A DNA stretch of 64,000 bases from Lachnospiraceae bacterium (GCA_024695665.1 JAILHT010000003.1:10870-74869), one strand, 5' to 3'; positions 46,305 to 56,747 are shown, counted from the stretch's first letter. The notes: generated by a model not told the origin, from the letters alone. A program made the numbers and translations.

Positions 46305-46477
46305 TTTTCCACCTCCATATGGTGGTATATTACTCTAAATTAAAGGCTTTTACAACAAACATTATCTTTTGCTTATGGTAAATGGTCGGTTTCCGTGTTA
46401 TATTTTGCTTTATGAAAACAAAAATATCATTTCCATATTATAAGGAAAATACAAAACGAATAAAAAGAGGATAAAAC

Positions 46478-47122
46478 ATGAGACTTAGAAATATACCGGC
46501 AGCTGCCGGCGCAATAGAAAACAGCGAATTTTGCATAAACGATCCTTTAGCCCACAAGGGATTGTGGCATGACCTTTTTTCAAACAGCAATCCCATTCAT
46601 ATTGAGATTGGCATGGGGAAAGGTCGATTTCTGTGTGATCTCGCCAGAGAAAATCCAAATATCAATTACATAGGTGTCGAAAGATATCAGAGTGTGCTCT
46701 ACCGTGCTGTGCAGAAAATGGATGCGGATCCTATAGAGAACGTTCTCTTCATCTGCGTTGATGCCGCTACTCTACCTGAGATATTTGAGATGGGCGAAGT
46801 GGACAGGATTTATCTGAACTTCTCGGACCCGTGGCCAAAAGACCGTCATGCAAGAAGGAGGCTCACTTCAAGAGAATTTCTTCATAGATACTCTCAGATT
46901 CTCTCCGAGACCGGAAGAATCGAATTCAAGACGGACAACAAAGATCTCTTTGATTTCTCTCTCGAGGAGGTCAAAGAAAGCGAATATTTCAAGACGGACG
47001 CCTTCACCTATGACCTTCACAATGACGAGAGCATGAATGTCGGAAATATCATGACCGAGTATGAAGAAAAATTTTCATCAAAAGGCAATCCGATCTGCAA
47101 AATGATAATTTCCAGACAATAA
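46478..47122 (+). CDS. trmB: tRNA (guanine46-N7)-methyltransferase
   Basis: 214 aa. IEIGMGKG SAM motif and FSDPWPKDRH. Confidence 0.92.
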   Translation: MRLRNIPAAAGAIENSEFCINDPLAHKGLWHDLFSNSNPIHIEIGMGKGRFLCDLARENPNINYIGVERYQSVLYRAVQKMDADPIENVLFICVDAATLPEIFEMGEVDRIYLNFSDPWPKDRHARRRLTSREFLHRYSQILSETGRIEFKTDNKDLFDFSLEEVKESEYFKTDAFTYDLHNDESMNVGNIMTEYEEKFSSKGNPICKMIISRQ

Positions 47123-47236
47123 TACTAATAAATATGCATCTATTTATTAGTATATTAAACAAGACTAATTGAAAAAAACAATGTATAATAAACTTTGTGT
47201 GTCAATGCAACCTATATTAGGAGGTATTAATATTAA

Positions 47237-48619
47237 ATGGAAGCAAAAAGATATGACGTTGTTATAATAGGAGCAGGTCCGGGAGGCGTATTCTCCGCAT
47301 ATGAACTTCTTCAGAAAAGTTCGGACTTAAAAATTGCCGTATTCGATGCCGGCAATTCTCTGGAAAAAAGAAAATGTCCTATAGACGGTGTCAAAATAAA
47401 GAGCTGTATCAACTGCAAAACTTGTGCTATCATGAACGGTTTCGGCGGTGCCGGTGCTTTCTCCGACGGAAAGTACAACATAACCAACGATTTCGGTGGA
47501 ACACTCTATGCCCACATTGGCAAGAAACAGGCTCTTGATTTGATGGAATATGTTGACAAGATCAATATGTCCCACGGCGGAGAAGGAACAAAAAAATACT
47601 CCACCACCGGAACAAATCTCAAGAAAGTCTGCATGCAGAACAAACTCAAGCTTCTCGACGCATCTGTAAGACATTTGGGAACCGATGTAAATTATGTTGT
47701 TCTCGAAAACCTTTACAATGAAATGAAAGACTCAATCGACTTCTACTTCAACACTCCGGTGAGAAAAATAGAAGTTGAGAATGATGAATATATTACAAAG
47801 ACCGATGACAGTTCTTTTATCTCAAAGCACTGCATCATTTCTGTAGGACGAAGCGGAAGCAAATGGATGGAGTCCGTATGCGAGGATCTCGACATCCCTA
47901 CAAAATCAAACCGTGTAGATATCGGAGTACGTGTTGAGCTCCCTGCCGTAATCTTCTCTCACCTCACAGATGAGCTTTACGAGAGCAAGATCGTATACAG
48001 AACAGAAAAATTTGAAGATGCCGTGAGAACCTTCTGTATGAACCCTTACGGAATCGTCGTAAATGAGAACACAAACGGAATCGTAACTGTAAACGGTCAC
48101 AGCTATGACAGTGAAGAGCTTCAGACCGAAAATACAAACTTTGCTCTCCTTGTATCAAAGCATTTTACGGAGCCTTTCAAGGACAGCAACGGATACGGTG
48201 AAAACATCGCCAAACTTTCAAACATGTTGGGTGGCGGAGTCATCGTACAGAGATTCGGAGACCTCGTAAGAGGAAGACGAAGCAACGAAAAGCGTATCGA
48301 AGAAGGAATGGTTACCCCTACTCTCTCGGCAACACCGGGTGACTTAAGTCTCGTTCTTCCGAAGCGTATCCTTGATGGAATCATCGAAATGATTTACGCA
48401 CTCGACAAAATCGCTCCGGGAACTGCAAATGATGACACACTTCTCTATGGTGTAGAAGTAAAATTCTACAATATGGAAGTGGATATAGATGAAAATCTTG
48501 AGACCCCACACAAAAATCTCTATATTATCGGAGACGGAAGCGGAGTTACTCACTCACTATCACATGCTTCCGCAAGCGGTGTATATGTGGCGAGACATAT
48601 TCTTGGACAGAACAACTAA
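47237..48619 (+). CDS. FAD-dependent oxidoreductase (COG2509-like)
   Basis: 460 aa. GAGPGG dinucleotide-binding motif at the N-terminus, a CxxC..C cluster (CPIDGVKIKSCINCKTC), and C-terminal GDGSG. Confidence 0.7.
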   Translation: MEAKRYDVVIIGAGPGGVFSAYELLQKSSDLKIAVFDAGNSLEKRKCPIDGVKIKSCINCKTCAIMNGFGGAGAFSDGKYNITNDFGGTLYAHIGKKQALDLMEYVDKINMSHGGEGTKKYSTTGTNLKKVCMQNKLKLLDASVRHLGTDVNYVVLENLYNEMKDSIDFYFNTPVRKIEVENDEYITKTDDSSFISKHCIISVGRSGSKWMESVCEDLDIPTKSNRVDIGVRVELPAVIFSHLTDELYESKIVYRTEKFEDAVRTFCMNPYGIVVNENTNGIVTVNGHSYDSEELQTENTNFALLVSKHFTEPFKDSNGYGENIAKLSNMLGGGVIVQRFGDLVRGRRSNEKRIEEGMVTPTLSATPGDLSLVLPKRILDGIIEMIYALDKIAPGTANDDTLLYGVEVKFYNMEVDIDENLETPHKNLYIIGDGSGVTHSLSHASASGVYVARHILGQNN

Positions 48620-48638
48620 TATATGAAATATATAAAAA

Positions 48639-48672
48639 CAGGGCTGTGAGAAAACTCACAACCCTGTTTTTT
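48639..48672. terminator. bidirectional terminator between convergent genes
   Basis: CAGGGCTGTGAG aaaa CTCACAACCCTG followed by TTTTTT, with an A run on the left for the opposite strand. Confidence 0.75.
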
Positions 48673-48684
48673 GCTTTTATTGTT

Positions 48685-49152
48685 TTATAAACTTTTTGCT
48701 CTGTCTGCAATATTCTTTCCAAAATCGATAACCTCGTGATCGTATTCCTTGTCCATGAGATCTGATGACAACATAAAATCTGCAGATGCTTTGTTTACCG
48801 CCATTGGTATATCATACACCTGTGCGATTCTCATAAGAGCCTTCACATCCGGATCATGCGGCTGTGCAGTCAGCGGATCCGAAAAGAATACTATGAAATC
48901 AATTCTTCCTTCAACTATCTTAGCTCCTATCTGCTGATCTCCTCCGAGAGGGCCTGAATTGTATCCTTTTACAGGAAGTCCTGTCTTGTCGCAGATCATT
49001 CTTGCGGTAGTCCCCGTTCCGCAGAGAAAATGATGTTTAAGTATATCTTTATTTCTTTCACACCAATCTATAAGTTCTGCTTTTTTGCCATCATGGGCTA
49101 TAAGTGCAATATTTTTCTGTCTTCCTATTGTAAGTGTAATTCTGTCTTCCAT
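48685..49152 (-). CDS. mgsA: methylglyoxal synthase
   Basis: 155 aa. ALIAHDGKK and the DPL...HDPDV motifs. Confidence 0.92.
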   Translation of the reverse strand: MEDRITLTIGRQKNIALIAHDGKKAELIDWCERNKDILKHHFLCGTGTTARMICDKTGLPVKGYNSGPLGGDQQIGAKIVEGRIDFIVFFSDPLTAQPHDPDVKALMRIAQVYDIPMAVNKASADFMLSSDLMDKEYDHEVIDFGKNIADRAKSL

Positions 49153-49194
49153 TTATACCTCCTAATAATACTTATATATTTAAAGAAAAAGTCT

Positions 49195-50487
49195 TTATGA
49201 CAATTCCTTAAAATCAAAATTTTTTCTTCCTTCCGCGTAATCGGAAACAATCTGACCTTCACCGTACAGCTTATATTTGTAAGTAGTAAGCCCGGCAAGT
49301 CCAACAGGTCCTCTGGCATGTATTTTTCCGGTACTTATCCCAACCTCTGCGCCAAATCCATATCTGAATCCGTCAGCAAATCTTGTTGAACAATTTTGAT
49401 AAGTCCCCGCCGAATCCACAAGTTGCATAAAATGCTCTGCTGTCGCCTTGTTCTCGGTTATAATACAGTCCGTGTGATGAGAACCGAATCTGTTTATATG
49501 AGTTATCGCCTCATCCACTCCGTCAACGAGTTTCAAAGAGATTACCATATCAAGATACTCTGTGCAATACTCTTTTTCTTCCATCTCCTCGCAGCCGAGC
49601 AAATTTGCGACCTCTTTGTTTCCTCTTATTTTCACCTTTGCGTCCTTAAGAGCCGTCGCAATAGTCTTTATATTTTCATCACCGACCGCTCTGTCTATAA
49701 GAAGTGTCTCCGTAGCATTGCAGGCCGCAGTATACTGAGTCTTCGCATCAACCGCAATGGCGCATGCCTTTTTGATATCGGCATCCCTGTCTATATAAGT
49801 GTGGCATACCCCATCGGCATGTCCCATGACAGGTATCTTTGTGTTGTTCATAATATATGATACAAATGCATTTGATCCTCTCGGAATAATAAGATCGACC
49901 GATTTGTGACACTTAAGGAGCTCATCGATTTCACTGTGTCCCTCAGCCTGATGCATACAGCCTTCAGGTGCTCCTGCTTTTACAGCCGCATTATATATAA
50001 TATCAAATAATACTTTATTTGTGTTTGCAGTCTCTTTCCCGCCTTTTAAAATGGCACAGTTTCCACTCTTTATACAGAGTGAAGATATCTGAACAAGCGC
50101 ATCCGGTCTTGCTTCAAATATTATCCCTATAACCCCTATCGGACATGTGACCTGCTCAAGAATGAGTCCCTCATCGAGCTGTCTCCTAAAATTTATCTTG
50201 TTGATAGGATCAGTAAGTCCTATCAGCTGATCGATACCACGTAAGACATCATCAAGCTTATGCTCATCGAATTTCAAGCGCTTGATGACCGCCTCAGAGA
50301 TATTATCTCTCTTTGCATTGAAAAGATCTTTCTCATTTGCTTCAAAAATTTTCGCCTTCGAATCTTTAAGTTCTTTCTTAACCGCATCAAGTATTCGGTT
50401 TCTCGCCTCCGCAGAAAGTGAAGCCATCCTATAGCTGTCAGCTTTCATCCCCATTGTGATTTCTTCTATACTTCTATTGTCACCCAT
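49195..50487 (-). CDS. proA: glutamate-5-semialdehyde dehydrogenase
   Basis: 430 aa aldehyde-dehydrogenase fold; catalytic Cys context ACNATETLL. No proB is adjacent. Confidence 0.9.
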   Translation of the reverse strand: MGDNRSIEEITMGMKADSYRMASLSAEARNRILDAVKKELKDSKAKIFEANEKDLFNAKRDNISEAVIKRLKFDEHKLDDVLRGIDQLIGLTDPINKINFRRQLDEGLILEQVTCPIGVIGIIFEARPDALVQISSLCIKSGNCAILKGGKETANTNKVLFDIIYNAAVKAGAPEGCMHQAEGHSEIDELLKCHKSVDLIIPRGSNAFVSYIMNNTKIPVMGHADGVCHTYIDRDADIKKACAIAVDAKTQYTAACNATETLLIDRAVGDENIKTIATALKDAKVKIRGNKEVANLLGCEEMEEKEYCTEYLDMVISLKLVDGVDEAITHINRFGSHHTDCIITENKATAEHFMQLVDSAGTYQNCSTRFADGFRYGFGAEVGISTGKIHARGPVGLAGLTTYKYKLYGEGQIVSDYAEGRKNFDFKELS

Positions 50488-50537
50488 TTTTACGATTTCC
50501 TTTTATTTTTCTTTTGTTGATTATAAGGTTTACCCAC

Positions 50538-50565
50538 AAAAAAAGCCACACATTTTTTGTGCGGC
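50538..50565 (-). terminator. rho-independent terminator after the FapA-like gene
   Basis: Minus strand reads GCCGCACA aaaaa TGTGTGGC UUUUUUU. Confidence 0.7.
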
Positions 50566-50568
50566 TTA

Positions 50569-51951
50569 TTAATCTGATTCATAGACGATAACATTGTCCG
50601 AAAGTCTTAATCTGTAGACAACTCCGGCTATAGCTCTGTCAACGATATAATTTATTCCATTTATATGTATATTGACACCCGGATGGATAACTCCTGTGAT
50701 ATGAACCTTGCTCTCTCTTTTAGCATGTTCCATAAGAAGTTTTATCGGATCCATCTCCTCGTGAAGTCTCGCCTGCTCGGAGCTCACGACAACCTTTGCC
50801 CTCATAACCTTCGCTCTGACGTCCACAATTTCTTTAGCAGGGTTTGATACCCCATCCAACGTCCTCTGATGCTGCTCTAAGGTTCTTAATTTCTCCTCAA
50901 GTTCCTTAAGCTGAAGCTCCATATCATGGACTCTTCTTATCTCTTCTCTAGGAACTCCGGACTGTAGAATAGTAGGCATCTCACTGTCATTTCCGGCCTC
51001 TTTAACCGTCACTCCCAACATACCACATATATTAGACCCTATAACAACACCCCTGCTGGCATTTACTACCACATGTCCCCTTGCTATAACCGTTGAATGC
51101 AGTATGGAATCAGCATATACATTCTCATTTGCTTCAATCCTGCATCTTTCAACGAACTTACAAGTCACAGTTCCGTTAGCTTTCAGTATTCCCTGGTCTT
51201 TACTCTGAACGCCCTTTGAAATTGTAATATTTTTCTTCGATAAGACTTTAGCGGCTCCGACATGGCCATGTATAAAAACATCTCCGTCGGCATCTATCAT
51301 CATACCACTTCTGACATCGCCGGTAACTATAACATCACCATTGAAAACAATATTTCCGCTCTCAATATCAACATCCCCGTTGATCTGAAAGAGCTTTTCT
51401 ATCTTGTAGGATGATCCGCTTTCAACGACATGTCCTGCATACTCCGCTGTATATTCGCCGCTTTCTGCATCAAAGAGTATTCCCTTGCCATGCAAAGTAC
51501 GAAGCTCTTTACCGGGTTTTGGGGCTACCATCTGTGTATATACATCAAAACCATACTGTCCGGAAGTAGGTTTTGTATATGTAGCCAAAAGATCCCCCTC
51601 TTTAACTATAGCTAATTGCAGAGAATTCTTATAGTCAACCGTACCATCCTCACGAATGATAGGTTTCTTTTTTGTGTCATTGACATCAATTTTAAAATCT
51701 ATAATACCATCAAGACCATCTATTGGTGCTTTTCCTCTGGCAACCACAACTTCTTCATTGTAATTTGCCCCATCAATAAGGTATTTTATAGCATCACAAT
51801 CAGGATTTACCTTTACACCTTCTGCAAAAAGCAAATCCTTTACCATTCCTTCAGTAATATTGAAAACAACACCTACAGGAGGCTCTTTTTTTGATATGGT
51901 TGCAGTCATTTTATCAGCCGATACAGACACAACACCCCATTCGCTTTCCAT
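50569..51951 (-). CDS. FapA-family (DUF342) protein
   Basis: Beta-helix-like repeats (GNIVFNGDVIVTGDV..., GDVFIHGHVG...) and a C-terminal coiled coil. The start is moved to ATG 51951 (AGAGGGAG RBS); the track start at 52011 lacks an RBS. Confidence 0.75.
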   Translation of the reverse strand: MESEWGVVSVSADKMTATISKKEPPVGVVFNITEGMVKDLLFAEGVKVNPDCDAIKYLIDGANYNEEVVVARGKAPIDGLDGIIDFKIDVNDTKKKPIIREDGTVDYKNSLQLAIVKEGDLLATYTKPTSGQYGFDVYTQMVAPKPGKELRTLHGKGILFDAESGEYTAEYAGHVVESGSSYKIEKLFQINGDVDIESGNIVFNGDVIVTGDVRSGMMIDADGDVFIHGHVGAAKVLSKKNITISKGVQSKDQGILKANGTVTCKFVERCRIEANENVYADSILHSTVIARGHVVVNASRGVVIGSNICGMLGVTVKEAGNDSEMPTILQSGVPREEIRRVHDMELQLKELEEKLRTLEQHQRTLDGVSNPAKEIVDVRAKVMRAKVVVSSEQARLHEEMDPIKLLMEHAKRESKVHITGVIHPGVNIHINGINYIVDRAIAGVVYRLRLSDNVIVYESD

Positions 51952-52048
51952 ACTCTTGCTCCCTCTTGTAGAACAAATACTAGGATAATTGTACCATATA
52001 TAAATATCCATGTAAAACCATTTTGCTTCAAGTTCCTTTCAAGATTTC

Positions 52049-52336
52049 TCAACTGATTTTTGAGCGAATCTTATCCATTCCATCGACAAAAACAAGTATT
52101 TCCGCAACTACTTCATACAGTTCCGGTGGAATCATATCACCTATTTCAAGTTTTGACAGAGTTTCTGCAAGTTTGTCATCCTTGTATAAAGGGACATCGG
52201 CCTCCCGGCCTTTTTCTATTATTTTTTCCGCTATATGTCCTTTTCCGGTTGCCAGAATCTTCGGAGCCTGTTCTCCCGGATTGTAAACGAGGGCAACGGC
52301 GGTCTTTACTTTTTTGTTATCATCTTCTTTTCCCAA
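52049..52336 (-). CDS. stand-alone FlhB C-terminal-domain-like protein (EscU/YscU/HrcU family; YlqH-like)
   Basis: 95 aa. AVALVYNPGEQAPKILATGKGHIAEKII...VPLYKDDKLAE matches the FlhB-CC subdomain that follows the NPTH cleavage site. There is no TM region and no NPTH motif. Confidence 0.8.
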   Translation of the reverse strand: MGKEDDNKKVKTAVALVYNPGEQAPKILATGKGHIAEKIIEKGREADVPLYKDDKLAETLSKLEIGDMIPPELYEVVAEILVFVDGMDKIRSKIS

Positions 52337-52338
52337 AT

Positions 52339-54342
52339 CTATGCCCTCACATCAAAAGAATACCTGTGAACTCTTGTCGATGACGTCCCTTCTTCGTTCT
52401 TCAAAAAATCGTCAACAAAACTGATATCCTTTTTATCATTTTTTATATTTATAATCGTATTATATCCGAGGCTTTCCAATCTATCCTGCAAAAGAGGAAG
52501 ATTCTTTTCTATTAGATCATAGGACTTGTCATCCTCCAAATAGAAATTTGTGGTGACATTCTTTTTTAACATCTTAATAAATACATCGGTTGACCCCAAA
52601 TGCTCCATATCAAGATGAAGATAAGCCGTAACCTCATTCTCAGGATTCATAAGATTTTTCTTGTTTGTCATGACATAAAGCTCACTGTTCACATTTTGCC
52701 CGGACATTTTTAAAGGTATCTGAACAAAACTGTAAGCCTGGTTGACATCATTCATAAAACTTATGTTGGCCCTGGTCTCCTGAACCATCTGATTCATCTC
52801 TTTTGTCACAGGGGATTTGTCGGCCAAAAGCTCCTCAAGTTTGCCGAGCTGCTTGTCCATTCTGTTGTATAGCTCACCGACCTTGTCCTTCTCTTTTAGT
52901 TCCTCCGGCTTTACTGTCCAGGATTTGTCCAAAGTCTCGGCAAATAGTTTTCTGAACTCCTTGCCGGATACAAGCTTTGCAAGTTTTTCAATCGACGCAT
53001 CCGACTCGAATGCATTCTTAATTTCACTCATCAGTCTATCAGAGGTCATAAGAGAAGCATCATTTTTTCCGGAAGTGAAATCTTTTCCGGTTATCTCTGT
53101 CAACATTCGTCCGATAGCAGCCTTGTCCTCCAACGTCAACTCTGATGTACCGGTGCTGTTTGCAGCGTTTGTACTATTTGTATTACCAGACTCATCTATG
53201 GCTCTTGCGTCGTTCTTTCCTGCCAAGTTGTCGGCATTTAACGCCTGTTCCTCAACAACAGACTCCGTGTTTGCATTCTGAATGGCATTTAATGCAGCAC
53301 TTATCTTATCATTTACAGAATCTCCTGCATTGCCTACTGATGTCATGCTTTCTTTTTGACCGGCGGATGCTATTTCATCCGACATATCCGTGATTACAAC
53401 TTTTTCGTTACCGGTCTCCTTAATTGTATCTGTCATACCCGTGGTAGCACCTTCCAATGTGCTTCCCGATACATTTTCAGAAACGCCTCCTGATGCACTT
53501 TCCGATGCACTCCCAGATACAGTTTCAGATACACTTTGAGGTAAATTTTCGACAGTCGTCTCTGTCAACACTCCAATCTCTCCCTCGACAACCGCAGCCT
53601 GCATTCCTTCTGGATTTTGTTCCGCAGCACCTGCTACAACCTCATCCGGATAAAAAATATCAAGCATTCCTTTCGAGAGATTTACCATCTCCTCCATAGA
53701 CATATTTCCGGATTCAAAAGCTTTAGGAAGATTTTCTATAAGAGAATTCAATTGATTTGTTATTTCGAATTTATCTGCCGAATAATTGATAAACTGAGCG
53801 ATATTTGTCTCATTTACCGGAATCCCAAGTTTTTGCATAGATACAGCAGTAGCCACCTGTGTGTCAGGCAGATTTGCGATTGTAGATGCCATCTGCTGTA
53901 AAGAATTTTTGTCTATCGACATAGATTCGTTCATCATGCTGTAAACCATGGTGAGATTTTTTCCGTTCACAGTAAGGCCCGCTGACTCCAATGCATTTTC
54001 AAGCATAGGGTTTCCCATAATATTGCCGGTATATGGCCTTATTGCTATCTGTCCTGAAGAGTTTGCCTTCACTTCAAAAAATATACTCTCGCCCTGAACA
54101 AGAGTAATATCTGAGTCAAGTCTGGCATTGACAGTCTGGCCATTGCTCAATCCAAGTGTTACAACACCATCTTTTATACTGTTTATGCTGCCTTCAAAAA
54201 CACTTCCGACAGGAAGGTTGGACAAGCTGTTAACGGCTGCTCTCACCGTCTGGCCGACATTTGACGTGTCCGCCGTCTGCGGTGTGTTCACAGACTTATT
54301 CCCGCTGTATGTATTGAGCATGTCATTAATCTGCATTGTCAA
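52339..54342 (-). CDS. FliK-like (flagellar hook-length control C-terminal domain) protein, YlqG-position
   Basis: 667 aa. Low-complexity centre and a C-terminal region (VQIPLKMSGQNVNSELYVM...AYLHLDMEHLGSTDVFIKM...LQDRLESLGY) resembling the Flg_hook domain. GAGGGGGA RBS. The stop lies 2 nt before the FlhB-C-like start. Confidence 0.6.
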   Translation of the reverse strand: MTMQINDMLNTYSGNKSVNTPQTADTSNVGQTVRAAVNSLSNLPVGSVFEGSINSIKDGVVTLGLSNGQTVNARLDSDITLVQGESIFFEVKANSSGQIAIRPYTGNIMGNPMLENALESAGLTVNGKNLTMVYSMMNESMSIDKNSLQQMASTIANLPDTQVATAVSMQKLGIPVNETNIAQFINYSADKFEITNQLNSLIENLPKAFESGNMSMEEMVNLSKGMLDIFYPDEVVAGAAEQNPEGMQAAVVEGEIGVLTETTVENLPQSVSETVSGSASESASGGVSENVSGSTLEGATTGMTDTIKETGNEKVVITDMSDEIASAGQKESMTSVGNAGDSVNDKISAALNAIQNANTESVVEEQALNADNLAGKNDARAIDESGNTNSTNAANSTGTSELTLEDKAAIGRMLTEITGKDFTSGKNDASLMTSDRLMSEIKNAFESDASIEKLAKLVSGKEFRKLFAETLDKSWTVKPEELKEKDKVGELYNRMDKQLGKLEELLADKSPVTKEMNQMVQETRANISFMNDVNQAYSFVQIPLKMSGQNVNSELYVMTNKKNLMNPENEVTAYLHLDMEHLGSTDVFIKMLKKNVTTNFYLEDDKSYDLIEKNLPLLQDRLESLGYNTIINIKNDKKDISFVDDFLKNEEGTSSTRVHRYSFDVRA

Positions 54343-54364
54343 TCCCCCTCAAATAACAGAATAT

Positions 54365-55135
54365 TTAATCACAAAAGTTTTTTATGAAAGTTCTTCTGTG
54401 TATAGGCGTAGGTCCCAATCTCTTTATCGCCTCTATATGCTCGGCCGAACCGTATCCCTTGTTGCTCGCAAATCCGTATCCCGGATAATACGAATCTAAT
54501 TCTTCCATCATTCTGTCCCTTGTGACCTTGGCAATTATACTTGCGGCCCCAATGGATATGCTTTTTGCATCCCCTTTGATTATGGGAACCTGTTTTATGT
54601 CAACCTCCGGTATATCAACTGCATCATTTAATAATATATCGGGTTTTATCTTTAGATTCTTTATCGAATCTCTCATAGCTTCAAAAGTTGCCTGAAGAAT
54701 GTTTATTTCATCTATTCTTCTGTGATCTCTGATTCCGATACCTATAGCCAATGCTTTTTCGGTAATCTCGTCATATAGTTCTTCCCTCTTTTTTGCGGAG
54801 ATTTTTTTTGAATCATTTATATAGAGGATATCGCAATCCTTTGGGAGGATTACAGCACATGTGACAACAGGTCCCGCCAAAGGACCTCTGCCGACCTCGT
54901 CTATACCGGCTATGTATTTGTATCCCATATCATAATATTTGTTCTCGAAAAACTTTAACTTCTCGATTCTTTCCTTCTCGACCTCAAGCTTCTCGATTCG
55001 TTTTTTGGCTTTTTGTATAGCAGCACAGACGCCGGATCTTGTATCATCCTCGTATTCTTTTATGAGATTATCCAACTCGTTTATATCTGCTGAATCAAAC
55101 TCCGCTTTTATCTCGCTGATTTTTTTCTCACTCAA
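54365..55135 (-). CDS. rnhB: ribonuclease HII
   Basis: 256 aa. GIDEVGRGPLAGPVV and DSK motifs. Confidence 0.93.
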   Translation of the reverse strand: MSEKKISEIKAEFDSADINELDNLIKEYEDDTRSGVCAAIQKAKKRIEKLEVEKERIEKLKFFENKYYDMGYKYIAGIDEVGRGPLAGPVVTCAVILPKDCDILYINDSKKISAKKREELYDEITEKALAIGIGIRDHRRIDEINILQATFEAMRDSIKNLKIKPDILLNDAVDIPEVDIKQVPIIKGDAKSISIGAASIIAKVTRDRMMEELDSYYPGYGFASNKGYGSAEHIEAIKRLGPTPIHRRTFIKNFCD

Positions 55136-55155
55136 AATCTTTCTCCTGCCTTTTT

Positions 55156-55998
55156 CTACATCGGAACTTCCATAGTAAATTTACAGATTTTCCCTGCTCG
55201 AAACTCATCTATAATAAGTGCCGCCGCCTTCGAATAGTCAAGTTCTCCGCCTTTTGATATACAGTTTCTAACCCTTGCTATACTCATTAAAAGCGCCGTC
55301 ATATCATCTGTTTCCTCGACATCAAACCTCTCGGCAACCTTACCTGTATATTCCTTGTGCAAAAACTTAAGTATTTCAACCGCTAGTTCGTCTTTGTTCA
55401 ATATCTCATCGTTCATTGAACCCACAGAAGCAAGTTTGAGTCCTACCTCCTGGTCCTCGAATTTTGGCCAGAGTATTCCCGGTGTATCCAAAAGTTCCAC
55501 CTGCTTATTCAGTCTGATCCACTGTTTGCCCTTTGTAACTCCCGGCTTATTACCGGTCTTTGCTGCGGCTTTTCCTGCAAAACTATTTATAAATGTAGAT
55601 TTTCCTACATTCGGAATGCCCACAACCATCGCTCTTATAGGTCTGTTTTTTATTCCTCTTTTTCTATCTCTCTCAATCTTCTCGCTGCAGGCACTCAATA
55701 TTACATCCTGAATATTTTTCATGCCTTTGTTTACCCTCGCATCGAGTTCGACAACATAATATCCTTTGTTTTTATAGTATTCGTTCCACAATGAAGTCTT
55801 TTTTCTGTCAGCGAGATCCGCCTTGTTTAACAGAATAAGACGATATTTGTTTTTTGCCAAATTGTCTATGTCTGGATTTCTGCTGGACATAGGAATTCTT
55901 GCATCAGTAACCTCTATAACAAGGTCAATAAGCTTTATATCTTCCTGCATCTCCCTTTTTGTCTTGGTCATATGACCCGGATACCATTGAAATTGCAT
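55156..55998 (-). CDS. rbgA: ribosome biogenesis GTPase A (YlqF/RbgA, circularly permuted GTPase)
   Basis: 280 aa. WYPGHM, NKADL, and P-loop GIPNVGKST in permuted order. Confidence 0.93.
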   Translation of the reverse strand: MQFQWYPGHMTKTKREMQEDIKLIDLVIEVTDARIPMSSRNPDIDNLAKNKYRLILLNKADLADRKKTSLWNEYYKNKGYYVVELDARVNKGMKNIQDVILSACSEKIERDRKRGIKNRPIRAMVVGIPNVGKSTFINSFAGKAAAKTGNKPGVTKGKQWIRLNKQVELLDTPGILWPKFEDQEVGLKLASVGSMNDEILNKDELAVEILKFLHKEYTGKVAERFDVEETDDMTALLMSIARVRNCISKGGELDYSKAAALIIDEFRAGKICKFTMEVPM

Positions 55999-56009
55999 TT
56001 TTTACCTCT

Positions 56010-56639
56010 CTATTCTTCCGTCGTCTCGGTCTCTGTCTCGGTTGAGTCATCCCCGTGTCCAATAAAGCCTATATCACTCCACGGCGATACTATAAACCAT
56101 GCTTTTCCGTTTATATATTCCTTCTTTACATTTCCTATATTGGCATAACGGCTGTCCTCAGAATTGTTTCTGTTATCTCCTAAAACAAAGTATTCATCAT
56201 CGCCGACCGTTATTTCTTCCTCTGCTATACCTGCATCGGCGATAGCCTGTGCATCAAGCTCGTCCTCGTAGACCTCTCCGTTTACATATACCACGCCGTC
56301 TTTTATCTGAACCGTATCCCCCGGGACGCCTATTACTCTCTTGATATAGTAATGTGATTTTTCATTTCCGTTTGGCAAAAATACTATGACATCATCACGT
56401 TTTGGTTCCGAGACAATATATATAAATCTGTTTACAATAACTTCCTCTCCGCTCTCTAAAGTCGGTGACATAGACTGACCCAAAACTGTGGTTCTCATTC
56501 CGATAAATGTAACCAAAACGAATGCTATTAGAAGCACTATAAAAATCTCCACTGTCCATATCGCAATCTCCTTGATAAGAGATATATTCATCTTTTTCTT
56601 TTCTCTGCCAAAGTGCAGTCCTTTTCTTCTTCCCGGCAT
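56010..56639 (-). CDS. lepB: signal peptidase I
   Basis: 209 aa. TM anchor, SMSPTL (catalytic Ser box), RVIGVPGD, GDNRNNSEDSR. GGAGG RBS 5 nt upstream of ATG 56639. Short acidic tail (TETETETTEE). Confidence 0.9.
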   Translation of the reverse strand: MPGRRKGLHFGREKKKMNISLIKEIAIWTVEIFIVLLIAFVLVTFIGMRTTVLGQSMSPTLESGEEVIVNRFIYIVSEPKRDDVIVFLPNGNEKSHYYIKRVIGVPGDTVQIKDGVVYVNGEVYEDELDAQAIADAGIAEEEITVGDDEYFVLGDNRNNSEDSRYANIGNVKKEYINGKAWFIVSPWSDIGFIGHGDDSTETETETTEE

Positions 56640-56715
56640 ACCGGCCTCCAGATTTTCCTATAAATTCTCAAATCATTATACTTTATTTACAACAAGGCAA
56701 ACAACCCAAATGAGC

Positions 56716-56747
56716 TAAAAAATACGCCGGGAGAAATCTCCCGGCGC
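56716..56747 (-). terminator. rho-independent terminator after rplS
   Basis: 9-bp GC-rich stem CGCCGGGAG / CTCCCGGCG followed by a U-rich run on the minus strand. Confidence 0.8.

Noticed and set aside
47122-47153. A 13-bp perfect inverted repeat (ATACTAATAAATA tgcatc TATTTATTAGTAT) starting at the trmB stop codon.
   Set aside because: It is almost entirely A/T pairs and has no U tract. It is probably a weak terminator or an incidental AT-rich palindrome, and I have no basis for a stronger claim.
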